Positions 41,310 through 50,113 of a stretch of 64,000 nt of DNA are shown here, piece by piece (the first letter of the stretch is position 1; every line of letters begins with the position of its first letter). Under the pieces are notes generated by a model, which saw only the letters and a list, made by a program, of their open reading frames with translations, had not been told where the DNA came from and ran no database searches. Source of the stretch: a virus (lineage: Duplodnaviria; Caudoviricetes); the IMG/VR virus record IMGVR_UViG_3300042010_000129, positions 96,001 to 160,000 of that record; one strand, given 5' to 3'. The position numbers were made by a program, and so were the translations under genes.

Positions 41310-41387
41310 AGCAGTTTCTCCAAACTAGATCGTGTCATAATTTCCCCTTTGTTGTGGCTCGGTGAATGGCCCGTGCCGAATGTTGTG

Positions 41388-41840
41388 TTACTTGGCTTTC
41401 GCTTTTTTGATTTTAGGCAACGGCGCGTGCGTGTCGCTGATCCGGGTGTACAAATTCCCCTTGGCCGTGCGCTCACAAATAAATTCGTTGTGGTCGCGTA
41501 CCCACTGCGCAAACGCAGAATGCCAAGCACTGGAAATTTTCAGAGACGATAGGCCTTTGTGCGAATGCAGACGGATCATCAAATCGTACAGGTTAAACCG
41601 TATACCGATTTTCAGTTTGCGTGCATACGGAACCAGCACGTCCCACGTCAGGCTGGCAGTATCAACCGGCTGGCGTTCCTCTTCGCAACATACGCTCAGG
41701 TGCTGACGCAAAATGCACTCGACAACATGTTCCAAAGAACGCCCGGAACTTTCCGCACATTCGTGAAGCGAACGTACCACACGCGGATCAAGATCCAACG
41801 ACAGATTTACCGACGTTAATTCCATTTCTTGCCCACTCAT
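41388..41840 (-). CDS. Putative ribbon-helix-helix DNA-binding protein with second domain
   Basis: VNLSLDLDPRVVRSLHECAESSGRSLEHVVECILRQHL RHH pattern. Confidence 0.55.
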   Translation of the reverse strand: MSGQEMELTSVNLSLDLDPRVVRSLHECAESSGRSLEHVVECILRQHLSVCCEEERQPVDTASLTWDVLVPYARKLKIGIRFNLYDLMIRLHSHKGLSSLKISSAWHSAFAQWVRDHNEFICERTAKGNLYTRISDTHAPLPKIKKAKAK

Positions 41841-41933
41841 TTTTATTGCCCCGTTTTTACAGCTGATCCCACTGCGCGAACAGCCGATCCATTTCACCGT
41901 TGTGGTTGCCCATGGGCACAGCGGCGCGTTGTT

Positions 41934-42125
41934 TTACGGTTCCTGCTGCCAATCGGCTTCGATCAGCTGCACTTTGAAGTTGCGCGCCAGTATTCGGCTT
42001 TCCGCCAAGGTGAATTGTCGGGCGCGTAGTCTGCTTTTGCATGTGTAAACCTTGTCTTCGGTAATCTTGAAAATGTAGGAGCCTTCTGAAAGCCTCGCTA
42101 CATATTTACAGTTTTTGTTGTCCAT
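41934..42125 (-). CDS. Hypothetical protein
   Basis: 63 aa; start uncertain. Confidence 0.4.
   Translation of the reverse strand: MDNKNCKYVARLSEGSYIFKITEDKVYTCKSRLRARQFTLAESRILARNFKVQLIEADWQQEP
42103..42114 (-). promoter_or_regulatory. AAACTGTAAATA motif
   Basis: Exact 12-mer overlapping a TAA stop. Confidence 0.55.
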
Positions 42126-42384
42126 CTTTGCGCACCTTATGTGCCCACAACAACAGCCCCAGCAACGCCACTTGACCGGCCACTGAAATAATCTGAATCA
42201 GCACGACCAGCACACGCTGCGTTGAACCTGCAATCGACAGATCGTAGGCCTTGCCGAAAAAGAAATTGCACAGGCCCAAGCACACAACCATGATCGCAAT
42301 TGCCAGACGGTTAGACCAGATGGCCCTCGCTTTGCCCTGACGTTCCTTTTCGCGCCGCTTGAGTTCGCGATTTAAATCAACCAT
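42106..42384 (-). CDS. Membrane protein
   Basis: Two hydrophobic segments. Confidence 0.6.
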   Translation of the reverse strand: MVDLNRELKRREKERQGKARAIWSNRLAIAIMVVCLGLCNFFFGKAYDLSIAGSTQRVLVVLIQIISVAGQVALLGLLLWAHKVRKDGQQKL

Positions 42385-43042
42385 TCTTCAGCGCCTCGAT
42401 GCATGTGATACGTGCGTCAAGTGTGCGCTGCCAAACGTATTCCCCGGCCTGCGTGTGCATCACTGCGCCTTTCAGAAAAGCGATTTGATTCGGGATAGCA
42501 TCAACCGGAATGACGCCCATTTCTTCGCACAGGTCAAACATCACATATTGAATGCAGTGCGGTTCCAAACTTTCCATCAGGTCAGCATCGCGCAGGCAGC
42601 ATTCCAAAATGCTCGCCGGTTCAATCGGGAACGCCATGTCGCGGAATTCCGTGCAGCGAATTGCACGTTCGATAATTCCGATTCCAGCCGGGCCGAAATA
42701 ATCATGCACGCATTCAGCGCCACGCAAACCTTTCACCGCGATTTCGATATTGTTGATATCCGGGCCTTTGCCGGTGTGGCCGAAATCGTGAAACAGTGCA
42801 GCGACAATTCCGCGTGCGTAATCAGCCTTCAGGCGCCAGCCGCTGGCCGTCATCAGTTCCACGAAACGCCACGCTACACGGATGCAGTGATCGGGGTTGT
42901 GGTACGCATTGCCGGTTTCGAATTGCGGTTCCTGCACATAACGATAAATCGTGGACAGACCGTATTCTTCGACCAGCGCTTCGAACATCGACAGCCGATA
43001 CATCGCGGCAATGTCGAGTTGCATATTCGGAATGAGGCTCAT
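42377..43042 (-). CDS. HD-domain phosphohydrolase
   Basis: YHNPDH, AALFHDFGH and LRDADL (H...HD...D). Confidence 0.8.
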   Translation of the reverse strand: MSLIPNMQLDIAAMYRLSMFEALVEEYGLSTIYRYVQEPQFETGNAYHNPDHCIRVAWRFVELMTASGWRLKADYARGIVAALFHDFGHTGKGPDINNIEIAVKGLRGAECVHDYFGPAGIGIIERAIRCTEFRDMAFPIEPASILECCLRDADLMESLEPHCIQYVMFDLCEEMGVIPVDAIPNQIAFLKGAVMHTQAGEYVWQRTLDARITCIEALKNG

Positions 43043-43476
43043 GGGAAAACTCCGATATTTGTGAGGATACCAAATACACCGCCCAGCGTTCCGCCCAGCA
43101 CCATGTAACCAACAGAACGCCAGCCGTGGATTTCTTGCAGCGCCAATTTCCAGCGGTATTCCTGCGTCATGAAAAACCCGTCTTCTACGTCTGGCAGGCA
43201 ACCGGTTTTCGTGAAGTGCTGCAACAGTGGAAGCATGCGCTTAACCTGCCCTTGGGTCAGATGCATGCGCGTGTCGCTGTGCAGGTCGAGGCCTTCAGGA
43301 AACTCGAAAGGCACCCAACCTTTGCCCGCCACACAATGGCGCGTGTTCGATTCGTTAACGCCGAACCAGATAGCGCCCTCGGTTGCGAGACTGCTTTCCT
43401 GCAACGAACATTTAACGCCGTAGCGGTCGTCAAATTCCATCCGGGCCAAACCACGCTCTGTATTTCGTGCAATCAT
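43039..43476 (-). CDS. Conserved phage hypothetical protein with C-terminal TM
   Basis: TERG...F.DRYG.KCSLQESSLA...IWFG...RMHLT..QV..LP.L..F..TG.L family motif. Confidence 0.6.
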   Translation of the reverse strand: MIARNTERGLARMEFDDRYGVKCSLQESSLATEGAIWFGVNESNTRHCVAGKGWVPFEFPEGLDLHSDTRMHLTQGQVKRMLPLLQHFTKTGCLPDVEDGFFMTQEYRWKLALQEIHGWRSVGYMVLGGTLGGVFGILTNIGVFP

Positions 43477-43742
43477 TTTTCGTTCCCTGTATTCAAAACT
43501 TTCGGATCGACACTTTCGAAAGGATTCGGTGACGTACTATCAACAATATCGACTGCGATTCGTGCGCAGGCATTGCCGTCGAGGATCTTGATGATTTCCG
43601 TCGAGTAGGCCCGGCGTGCTTTGTTCCAGCCTTCCTGCCATTCCTTACGCGGCACATCGTCAAACGCCTGCGGATAAACACCGAGATTAATGCTCAGGAT
43701 TTTGTGCAGCGTTTCTGCCAACTGCTTTTCAACCTCAGTCAT
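43473..43742 (-). CDS. Hypothetical protein
   Basis: 89 aa. Confidence 0.55.
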   Translation of the reverse strand: MTEVEKQLAETLHKILSINLGVYPQAFDDVPRKEWQEGWNKARRAYSTEIIKILDGNACARIAVDIVDSTSPNPFESVDPKVLNTGNEK

Positions 43743-43912
43743 TTTTTAATCTCCACCTTGACCGTGATATCCAGATAGACAATAAACGCGATGAAACAGA
43801 ATCGCGTAAATGCATCCTGATATTTATGTTTGTAAATGTCGGTGATCATCATGACGATCAGCCCGGCAAGCACAACCCACTTCACGGTCTTGACGCTGAC
43901 GTTAGGAAGCAT
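43739..43912 (-). CDS. Small membrane protein
   Basis: Two short TM segments; start re-assigned. Confidence 0.5.
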   Translation of the reverse strand: MLPNVSVKTVKWVVLAGLIVMMITDIYKHKYQDAFTRFCFIAFIVYLDITVKVEIKK

Positions 43913-44477
43913 TCTGTTCTTCCAGCCGCTGTTCGATCCGGTCTTCTGCTGCGCGTTCTTCAGCGAGTTCACGTTCCAGAATTTCGTCACGCTTTTTCTG
44001 GAATTCTGCCCGCCACTTTTTCATGATCTTGCCACGCGAACCTTCCAGATCATTTACCACGATCAGGCCCGGCCCAACCATACGCCGCATTTTGCGAACT
44101 ACGGCCTTCAGGTCAAACGACCATTCCCGATACATGCCATCGACTTCACCCAACAATTCCGGATCGCGAACTTCCAGAACATATTGCCACTGGATACGCA
44201 TGCGACGACCACGCTTTTTCTGTTCGTCGATGTAGTGCCGGGCGCTGTTGTAATTGCCCGCTTCCCACGCGCACGGTGTGGAATAACCGCCACGATCCCA
44301 TTCCTGAATTTCGAAACCTTCGATGCGCAGCACTGCATCACAATCGCGAAACAGCGGGCGATATTTCGGATTGATTTGGATGTGGTTGCGCTTCCACCGC
44401 CGCATTATCCAACTGCCGTAAATCGGATGGTCAGGCGACACACCCGAAAACTCGCAAACCTTTTCAATTCCCGCCAT
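43902..44477 (-). CDS. Hypothetical protein
   Basis: Start MAGIEKVCEFSG. Confidence 0.6.
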   Translation of the reverse strand: MAGIEKVCEFSGVSPDHPIYGSWIMRRWKRNHIQINPKYRPLFRDCDAVLRIEGFEIQEWDRGGYSTPCAWEAGNYNSARHYIDEQKKRGRRMRIQWQYVLEVRDPELLGEVDGMYREWSFDLKAVVRKMRRMVGPGLIVVNDLEGSRGKIMKKWRAEFQKKRDEILERELAEERAAEDRIEQRLEEQNAS

Positions 44478-44904
44478 TGAATTTCTTCCTGATAAAATAA
44501 ATTTCGCCGCCCACCATCCAGCAACCGACGATGAACGCAATCACCAGCCCGACGCTGCCGAACAACTTGTAGAAAAACCCTATCGACGTTTGTTCACGCT
44601 TGTCGATGCTGTACGGCCACAAAACCTCAATCGGTTTATTTCCTTCGCGCTCGAATTGGCGGTACAGGCTGTCACCGATGCTGTCACTGAATTTCAGGCC
44701 AGTTTCTTTATCTACAAAATACCCGTAGGTGTTGTAATAGTGCTGTGCTTTGACCTGCGAGTGTTGCGCGTTGGTGTCGATCATGCGCGCACTACGCATA
44801 ACCTTTTCTTCACGGTGCTGGCCGACCTTGTAAAGCTCGACGCTGCCCCAACCCAACAACGCGGCACCGACGATAATTGACCACGCGATAATTCGCTGAC
44901 GCAT
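44464..44904 (-). CDS. Two-TM membrane protein
   Basis: Terminal TM segments flanking a soluble loop. Confidence 0.6.
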   Translation of the reverse strand: MRQRIIAWSIIVGAALLGWGSVELYKVGQHREEKVMRSARMIDTNAQHSQVKAQHYYNTYGYFVDKETGLKFSDSIGDSLYRQFEREGNKPIEVLWPYSIDKREQTSIGFFYKLFGSVGLVIAFIVGCWMVGGEIYFIRKKFNGGN

Positions 44905-45944
44905 CACATGAAATCCCCGTACTTGGCTTTCCATTCTGCGTCTTCTCTGGCACGCACTTTTTCACGCAATTCTGCACGCTCTTTCTTTTCGTAAGCGGCG
45001 CCGATTTCTTCCAGCTGCCGTGCAACCCACTTGCGCCCATTCTTCTCGCGCTTGACCAGATAGTTCACAGCGTCTTTATGCTTGAACTTTTTCCGGGCCT
45101 TTTCGTACAACTGCGTGAGACGGTCGGTCGGATTGTACAGGTACTGCATATCGCCCATTTTGTAATCGAGGGCGAAATGGTACGGGCTAGCGCTGCGTTT
45201 CTTTGGCCTATCAATAACAAAACAGTCAACGTTTCGCTTCATGCGTTCGAGCGTCCCTTCCAAATCCATATCGGCTTCGAGGTCGATATAAAGCTTTCCT
45301 TCATGTGCTTCAGCAAATGCCTTCAGCCACAATTCAGAATTCGTGGCTTGGATCGGCCAGTTGCGATTTGTCTTTGCCCGGATTTCCATCGGCACATGCA
45401 TCGGCTGGTTATACCAACTGTTCAAAGGAATTCCACCGTTCAACATTGTGTTGAGCGAATGTAACCCGGTCAGGATTGGAACGCCGGTTTTACGATGGCC
45501 CTTGTACTCCGGAATATTATCCGCAAAACGCTTCGCCATTTCAGCAAGACTTTCGCGCTGGTGTTCCTTTGGTTCGAACGCCTCGAATATACCACCGGGG
45601 CTAACGCTAACCACATCGTCGAACATGCCCGGATAATTCATGTAACCGTGCATTCCCATTTGTTCGCCGGTTTCCCACATGCGCCGCATCACTTCGGTTT
45701 TTCCGCCGCCCTTTGGAAGGTTGGCGCCGATTGTACCGCCGCTGCTTCCCCAGCGCTTGCTGGTGATGCTACTCCACTGCCAAGGCCACAGACGCGGCTT
45801 TGCTGCGAACGCGAATTGACGCGGGCCGTGTACAACCATGTCGCGCATTTCACGCCAAGCAATGGCGGTTTGTTCATCGCTCTTCGGATCTTTGCCAAGC
45901 AGGCCGATGTAATCCGTTGGTTTGTCGTCAGGCCGATTGTTCAT
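44904..45944 (-). CDS. Hypothetical protein
   Basis: 346 aa; contains GANLPKGGGKT and LYIDLE, possibly a P-loop remnant. Confidence 0.55.
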   Translation of the reverse strand: MNNRPDDKPTDYIGLLGKDPKSDEQTAIAWREMRDMVVHGPRQFAFAAKPRLWPWQWSSITSKRWGSSGGTIGANLPKGGGKTEVMRRMWETGEQMGMHGYMNYPGMFDDVVSVSPGGIFEAFEPKEHQRESLAEMAKRFADNIPEYKGHRKTGVPILTGLHSLNTMLNGGIPLNSWYNQPMHVPMEIRAKTNRNWPIQATNSELWLKAFAEAHEGKLYIDLEADMDLEGTLERMKRNVDCFVIDRPKKRSASPYHFALDYKMGDMQYLYNPTDRLTQLYEKARKKFKHKDAVNYLVKREKNGRKWVARQLEEIGAAYEKKERAELREKVRAREDAEWKAKYGDFM

Positions 45945-46116
45945 CGCTCTTCCTTCGCTTGATTTCCAGCACAGCAGCCGAAACTAATTTCGCTCTGCTT
46001 TTTGGTTTTAAATGGCGGTACTCTTCGTTCAAACTTTTAACGATTTGATCCGCCGACATTCCTTTGGCGAGCCGCACCAGCATGAGGTCTACGGCTACGT
46101 CGATTTCTGTACGCAT
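45928..46116 (-). CDS. Hypothetical protein
   Basis: 62 aa, helical. Confidence 0.5.
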   Translation of the reverse strand: MRTEIDVAVDLMLVRLAKGMSADQIVKSLNEEYRHLKPKSRAKLVSAAVLEIKRRKSDEQSA

Positions 46117-46118
46117 TT

Positions 46119-46523
46119 TCAGGCCCGCAATTGACGCAGGCGGCTCACACCACGGCGGAAAGTGTCGGTGTAAAACTCGATGCGGTAAGGACGTTCTAGC
46201 ACCGTGAAGGCGTCGTAGAAGTCGATAGCCGGGCCGTCTTCGTCACAGGACAGAGGCAGCGTAATGTACGGGCACTGATCATGGCTGGAACTGATCTTGA
46301 AAGAAATCGCTTTTTCGATTTCACGAATTGCGATTTCGATCAGTTCTTCAATCGAATCGCTTTTGTGTTCCTTGCCGTCGAAGAAGAAATGGTAGGTGCC
46401 GTTTTTCGTGTTGTACGCCAGATATTCTTCTTCGGTGCAGGGGAACGTAGCATGCAGCAACGTCGGCACAATACTCATGAAAAACTGGCCGGGGAATTTC
46501 AACAGGGTTTGCACAGGAATCAT
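46119..46523 (-). CDS. Hypothetical protein
   Basis: Start uncertain (46574 or 46523). Confidence 0.5.
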   Translation of the reverse strand: MIPVQTLLKFPGQFFMSIVPTLLHATFPCTEEEYLAYNTKNGTYHFFFDGKEHKSDSIEELIEIAIREIEKAISFKISSSHDQCPYITLPLSCDEDGPAIDFYDAFTVLERPYRIEFYTDTFRRGVSRLRQLRA

Positions 46524-46530
46524 ACGGTTC

Positions 46531-47046
46531 TCACTTTTCGTTGTATTCACGGGTACGTTTTTTGATGTGTTCACGACTCAATTTCCAAATATCTTGGTCG
46601 CGCATTGAGTCACGGAATTCGGTGGTCATCAGGCCGTACATATCCGAGCCTTGACCTTTGCTGTTTACTGCCCAGTCCGAATTACCTTCCATCACGTGCG
46701 ACAGGCGCCCGGTGGTTTGCATAAGTGCGTGCAGGCGTCCGGGGTTTTGCAAATACGCTTCACGGATCGCAATGCGCATTGTGTCGATGCGTTTGGTCTG
46801 GTGGTCTTCGCGCTTTTTGCCACCGGCCTTTTTCGAAGCGTGGTATTTCGCTTTGTACGGACAGTAGGCGTCGAGGATCTTTGTCCGCAATTCTTTTTCA
46901 GAAACGTCCAGCGAATAAAACTGGTACATCTGTTCGATGGATTTGAACAGGCGTTTCTTGTAGTAGAACGGTGAAGGCCACATGGCGCTCCACATCGGAT
47001 TTTCATACGAGTTAAACGGTGTGGTCTTTACTGCTTTCTTCGCCAT
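46531..47046 (-). CDS. Divergent NADAR (YbiA-like) protein
   Basis: SAMWPSPF...FKSIEQMYQ...IL...AK...K..TM..A......NP...L..T...SDWA....GSDMYG....FR follows NADAR spacing. Confidence 0.6.
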   Translation of the reverse strand: MAKKAVKTTPFNSYENPMWSAMWPSPFYYKKRLFKSIEQMYQFYSLDVSEKELRTKILDAYCPYKAKYHASKKAGGKKREDHQTKRIDTMRIAIREAYLQNPGRLHALMQTTGRLSHVMEGNSDWAVNSKGQGSDMYGLMTTEFRDSMRDQDIWKLSREHIKKRTREYNEK

Positions 47047-47233
47047 CTTTTTTAGAACCGTATGGGCAAGGTAAGTGAACGCGTTTGAGCATTGCGCGGG
47101 CTTGGTCAGCGGAAACGTATTTGATTCCGTTTTCATCCATGTATTCGGTGGCTTCGCGTGGCCGAATTCGAATTACAGTTGTAGCGCCGGGCCACGTGCA
47201 AGGATCAGGGCCTTCCTCACGAATTTTAATCAT
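47012..47233 (-). CDS. Hypothetical protein
   Basis: 73 aa; ATGA overlap. Confidence 0.45.
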   Translation of the reverse strand: MIKIREEGPDPCTWPGATTVIRIRPREATEYMDENGIKYVSADQARAMLKRVHLPCPYGSKKDGEESSKDHTV

Positions 47234-47502
47234 CGCGTTTTCCTTTCGACAATTTCAATCAGCACGAACTGCGCATCGCCTTCATGCGTAGTCATCCAGT
47301 GGTCGAGTTTCTGGTAAGCCAAATCGCGATCAGTGAAAAACGGTTGGCCCAAATGGTTTTGATTCAACGGTTCCGGATTGATGTGATTTTTATCACGGTC
47401 GATAATGACCATTTTATCCGGATCAACCAGACGTTCACCTCTTTGGGTATCCTGCAAAATGCGCCAGACATACCGCGCTTTAATGTTTGTGAAATAACGC
47501 AT
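47230..47502 (-). CDS. Hypothetical protein
   Basis: 90 aa. Confidence 0.55.
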   Translation of the reverse strand: MRYFTNIKARYVWRILQDTQRGERLVDPDKMVIIDRDKNHINPEPLNQNHLGQPFFTDRDLAYQKLDHWMTTHEGDAQFVLIEIVERKTR

Positions 47503-47520
47503 CTTTCATTGTCCCTAAGT

Positions 47521-47542
47521 GGGATGCCCCGAAGGGCACCCC
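47521..47542 (-). other. cUUCGg tetraloop hairpin
   Basis: GGGGTGCCC-TTCG-GGGCATCCC; no U tract. Confidence 0.7.
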
Positions 47543-47548
47543 GTGCTT

Positions 47549-48187
47549 TTAGTCGCAACCACCGGGGCTGCTGTCGTTGTTGTTCGACGGCGAATCATAG
47601 CTCTCAGAACGGCTAGGCGACGAATAGGATTCGCTGCGGCTCGGTGCAGGCTCAGGCGCAGAATAAACCGGGCTGCATTGCTGTGCAGTGTGGCTAGGCG
47701 AACCGGGATAACCTTCGGTTGCCTGTACTTGCGGAACTTCCACCACGTGCGCCCGGAAATCCGAATCGACTACTGCAAAAGCGGTAGCCGTAAGCAGAGC
47801 GCTGTTGTCTGGTTGGGAACTTTCCAGCGGTTCGCGATCATTACGGCGACGGCGATTCAAATCGCTCGCCATATCACCAGAACGCACGTCGGACTTTGGG
47901 CCTTGGGTTTGCCCGTGTCCGTGCGTGCCTTTCACTTGGTACGGCAAATTGTCAGCGTGTGCAGCGCCAGACAAAACAGCAATGCGATTGCGGCATTCGT
48001 CCAGCTTCTGATCCCGCTCTGCAAGTTTGCGCACGTAGTCGCGATTTGCAGCCTGCAATTGATGCACTTCGTTTTCCAACGTCACGCGATCTTTTTGCAT
48101 TTCTTTTTGGCGCGCAACGAACGCTTTCCATGCCTGCGTGTTGAACAGTACGTCGTACCAGCAAAACGATTTTACGAATACGCTCAT
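47549..48187 (-). CDS. Coiled-coil protein with Ser/Pro-rich low-complexity tail
   Basis: SRSESYSSPSRSESYDSPS repeat; ATGA overlap. Confidence 0.6.
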   Translation of the reverse strand: MSVFVKSFCWYDVLFNTQAWKAFVARQKEMQKDRVTLENEVHQLQAANRDYVRKLAERDQKLDECRNRIAVLSGAAHADNLPYQVKGTHGHGQTQGPKSDVRSGDMASDLNRRRRNDREPLESSQPDNSALLTATAFAVVDSDFRAHVVEVPQVQATEGYPGSPSHTAQQCSPVYSAPEPAPSRSESYSSPSRSESYDSPSNNNDSSPGGCD

Positions 48188-49026
48188 TGTGCGTTCCATC
48201 CGAGGTTAGCGAACAAGTCTTCACCGATTTCATAATCGGCGTCCAAACTGTTCAGGTGTTCAGCGAAAAGTTTCGACCAGTTTTCCAGTTCAACGCCCGG
48301 ATAAACCGAGGCGAAATCACGCAGTGCAACAGGCGGAATAAAATCGACGCCTTTTTCACGCGATCCAACAGTAACGCCTTTGCGCAGACGCAGACGCAGT
48401 GCGACCGCCACATGCAAACGACCGACGTTATCAGTTGCATCGAAAATCAAACCTTCGAAGTGCAGCGAAGCCAGATGCGCCAGACTGTGAACAGTGGCGA
48501 TCAAACGTTCTGCGGGTGTGCCTTCGTTTTCCCACGCGACGAATTTCTCGCCGTTGACGAACCACGTCATTTCTTCGAACGCTTCACGCATCACGTTGTA
48601 AAGCAGCGTGGCGTATGCGTCGATAACGCTGGTCGGAATACCGCCCGCATTGATTACGGTTTTTACGTCGAGGAAATCGGTATGTCCACCGGGGCACAGC
48701 GAGCCACGGCCCTGCAAATCCGATTCGCCGTTACCTTCCCGCGCACGCATGTACGGATTCACTACCGGCTGAAATGCTGGCGTGCCGTGTTCTTCGACCG
48801 TGAAGTAATTCAGCCACTGCGCATAATCGCGGTTGCCTTTGTACGACTCGCCCCAGTGCAGGGATTCGTCGAGGTCTTCACGCTGGCCGATAATCAGACC
48901 GCGTTTGGTCAGGTTCAGGAATTGTTGAAAATCAACTTTCACAAAACCTTTGCCACCCAAACCGAGTTGCGGAATGTCTTGCAAAACTTTGCGGCGAATT
49001 GCCACGATAGATTCTGGATATTTCAA
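48184..49026 (-). CDS. NUDIX-family phosphoesterase (COG4112/YmaB-like)
   Basis: Y.R..G.GE..L.G..SL..GGH.D...REAFEE...GLIFDATDNVGRLHVAV. Confidence 0.7.
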   Translation of the reverse strand: MKYPESIVAIRRKVLQDIPQLGLGGKGFVKVDFQQFLNLTKRGLIIGQREDLDESLHWGESYKGNRDYAQWLNYFTVEEHGTPAFQPVVNPYMRAREGNGESDLQGRGSLCPGGHTDFLDVKTVINAGGIPTSVIDAYATLLYNVMREAFEEMTWFVNGEKFVAWENEGTPAERLIATVHSLAHLASLHFEGLIFDATDNVGRLHVAVALRLRLRKGVTVGSREKGVDFIPPVALRDFASVYPGVELENWSKLFAEHLNSLDADYEIGEDLFANLGWNAQ

Positions 49027-49043
49027 AACGGTGTTCCTCTAAA

Positions 49044-49078
49044 GGTAGGGCCTGCCCGGATTGGACAAGCATCCTACC
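49044..49078 (-). other. Long hairpin downstream of promoter motif
   Basis: GGTAGG/CCTACC plus GCTTGTCC/GGGCAGGC with G-U pairs on the minus strand. Confidence 0.55.
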
Positions 49079-49083
49079 CCTAG

Positions 49084-49095
49084 TATTTACAGTTT
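49084..49095 (-). promoter_or_regulatory. AAACTGTAAATA motif
   Basis: Exact 12-mer, intergenic, after a TGA stop. Confidence 0.6.
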
Positions 49096-49097
49096 AA

Positions 49098-49613
49098 TCA
49101 GGAACGACCGCCAAGCTTCAGCGACAGGCCCGCATAGCGCAAACGAACGTCAGGCCCTGCGAATACATCGGCAAACGCGTCACCGGTTTCAACCGTGAAC
49201 GGAACGACCATACCAGAAGCGTTCGTGCAGGACAGGCGGAACGTGCCGTGCAAATCGGCGTACACCCAAATTTCATCGTCCGGGCGTTTTGCAGCAAACT
49301 TCTGAATCTCTTTGATCTTTTCGGAATGATCCCCGATGGTCGCAGCAGGAGAAACAGAAACCAATTCGAAGCGGCCTTCGAAATCCGTAACGAATTTACG
49401 ATAATGTTCGTCGTTGCCGAAATACTGCGTGAAGCGCAACCACAACGACGCCGGATTCATTTCGTCTTCCAGATACAGAAACGAAATCGGGCGCGGTTCC
49501 GATCGGTGACGTTCTATCATCATGTCGGTGTATAGGCCACCCATGACGGTGTTGGTTACACCCGCACCGGGGCGCGATTGTGCAGCGATCATTTCGGGAA
49601 AAACGTATTTCAT
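49098..49613 (-). CDS. Degenerate RecA/DnaB-like P-loop protein
   Basis: IAAQSRPGAGVT...FLYLEDEMNPASLWLR. Confidence 0.45.
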   Translation of the reverse strand: MKYVFPEMIAAQSRPGAGVTNTVMGGLYTDMMIERHRSEPRPISFLYLEDEMNPASLWLRFTQYFGNDEHYRKFVTDFEGRFELVSVSPAATIGDHSEKIKEIQKFAAKRPDDEIWVYADLHGTFRLSCTNASGMVVPFTVETGDAFADVFAGPDVRLRYAGLSLKLGGRS

Positions 49614-50110
49614 TGTGGGCGTCCTACGCGACGATCTACGGAACCAGCGAAACGAACCAAACTCGGTGCGTCCATCGCCAGCGTTACGATTTCAATTTCG
49701 ACATTCGGATTATCGAAAAGGAAATTTTGGAAATCTGCGTCCACGTCCGCGTCGATAAAATAAACGTGGGGCAGTGTGCCGGAAACACGCACCGACATAT
49801 CGTGTTTCAGATCCATGTAAACATGCAGCGGTTTATCCGGGTGCTGCTGCGCAACCGCTTTCATCTGGCCCATGATGTACGACACGTGATGCACTGTGAA
49901 AACTTTCACCGTGTCGATCATGTCAGCAATACGACCGGCGCCTTCTTTTTCTTGCAGCTTTTTCAGCAACGACAAACCATTTTCTTCTGCCGAGAAATAC
50001 AGGAATTGACGCCCGTCGCGGTAGCGGTCGAAATGGTGACGCAGATGCGAGAACGCAGCAGAAGAACTTCCACAGCCGGTCATTGCAAATGTCAAAAGTT
50101 TAGGCAGCAT
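49610..50110 (-). CDS. Degenerate RecA/KaiC-like P-loop protein
   Basis: FAMTGCGSSS...FLYFSAEENGLSLLKKL. Confidence 0.45.
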   Translation of the reverse strand: MLPKLLTFAMTGCGSSSAAFSHLRHHFDRYRDGRQFLYFSAEENGLSLLKKLQEKEGAGRIADMIDTVKVFTVHHVSYIMGQMKAVAQQHPDKPLHVYMDLKHDMSVRVSGTLPHVYFIDADVDADFQNFLFDNPNVEIEIVTLAMDAPSLVRFAGSVDRRVGRPQ

Positions 50111-50113
50111 TTT

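Noticed and set aside
41857-42042. 61-aa ORF MQKQTTRP...
   Set aside because: Overlaps a more protein-like ORF on the same strand by 109 nt and has no clear SD.
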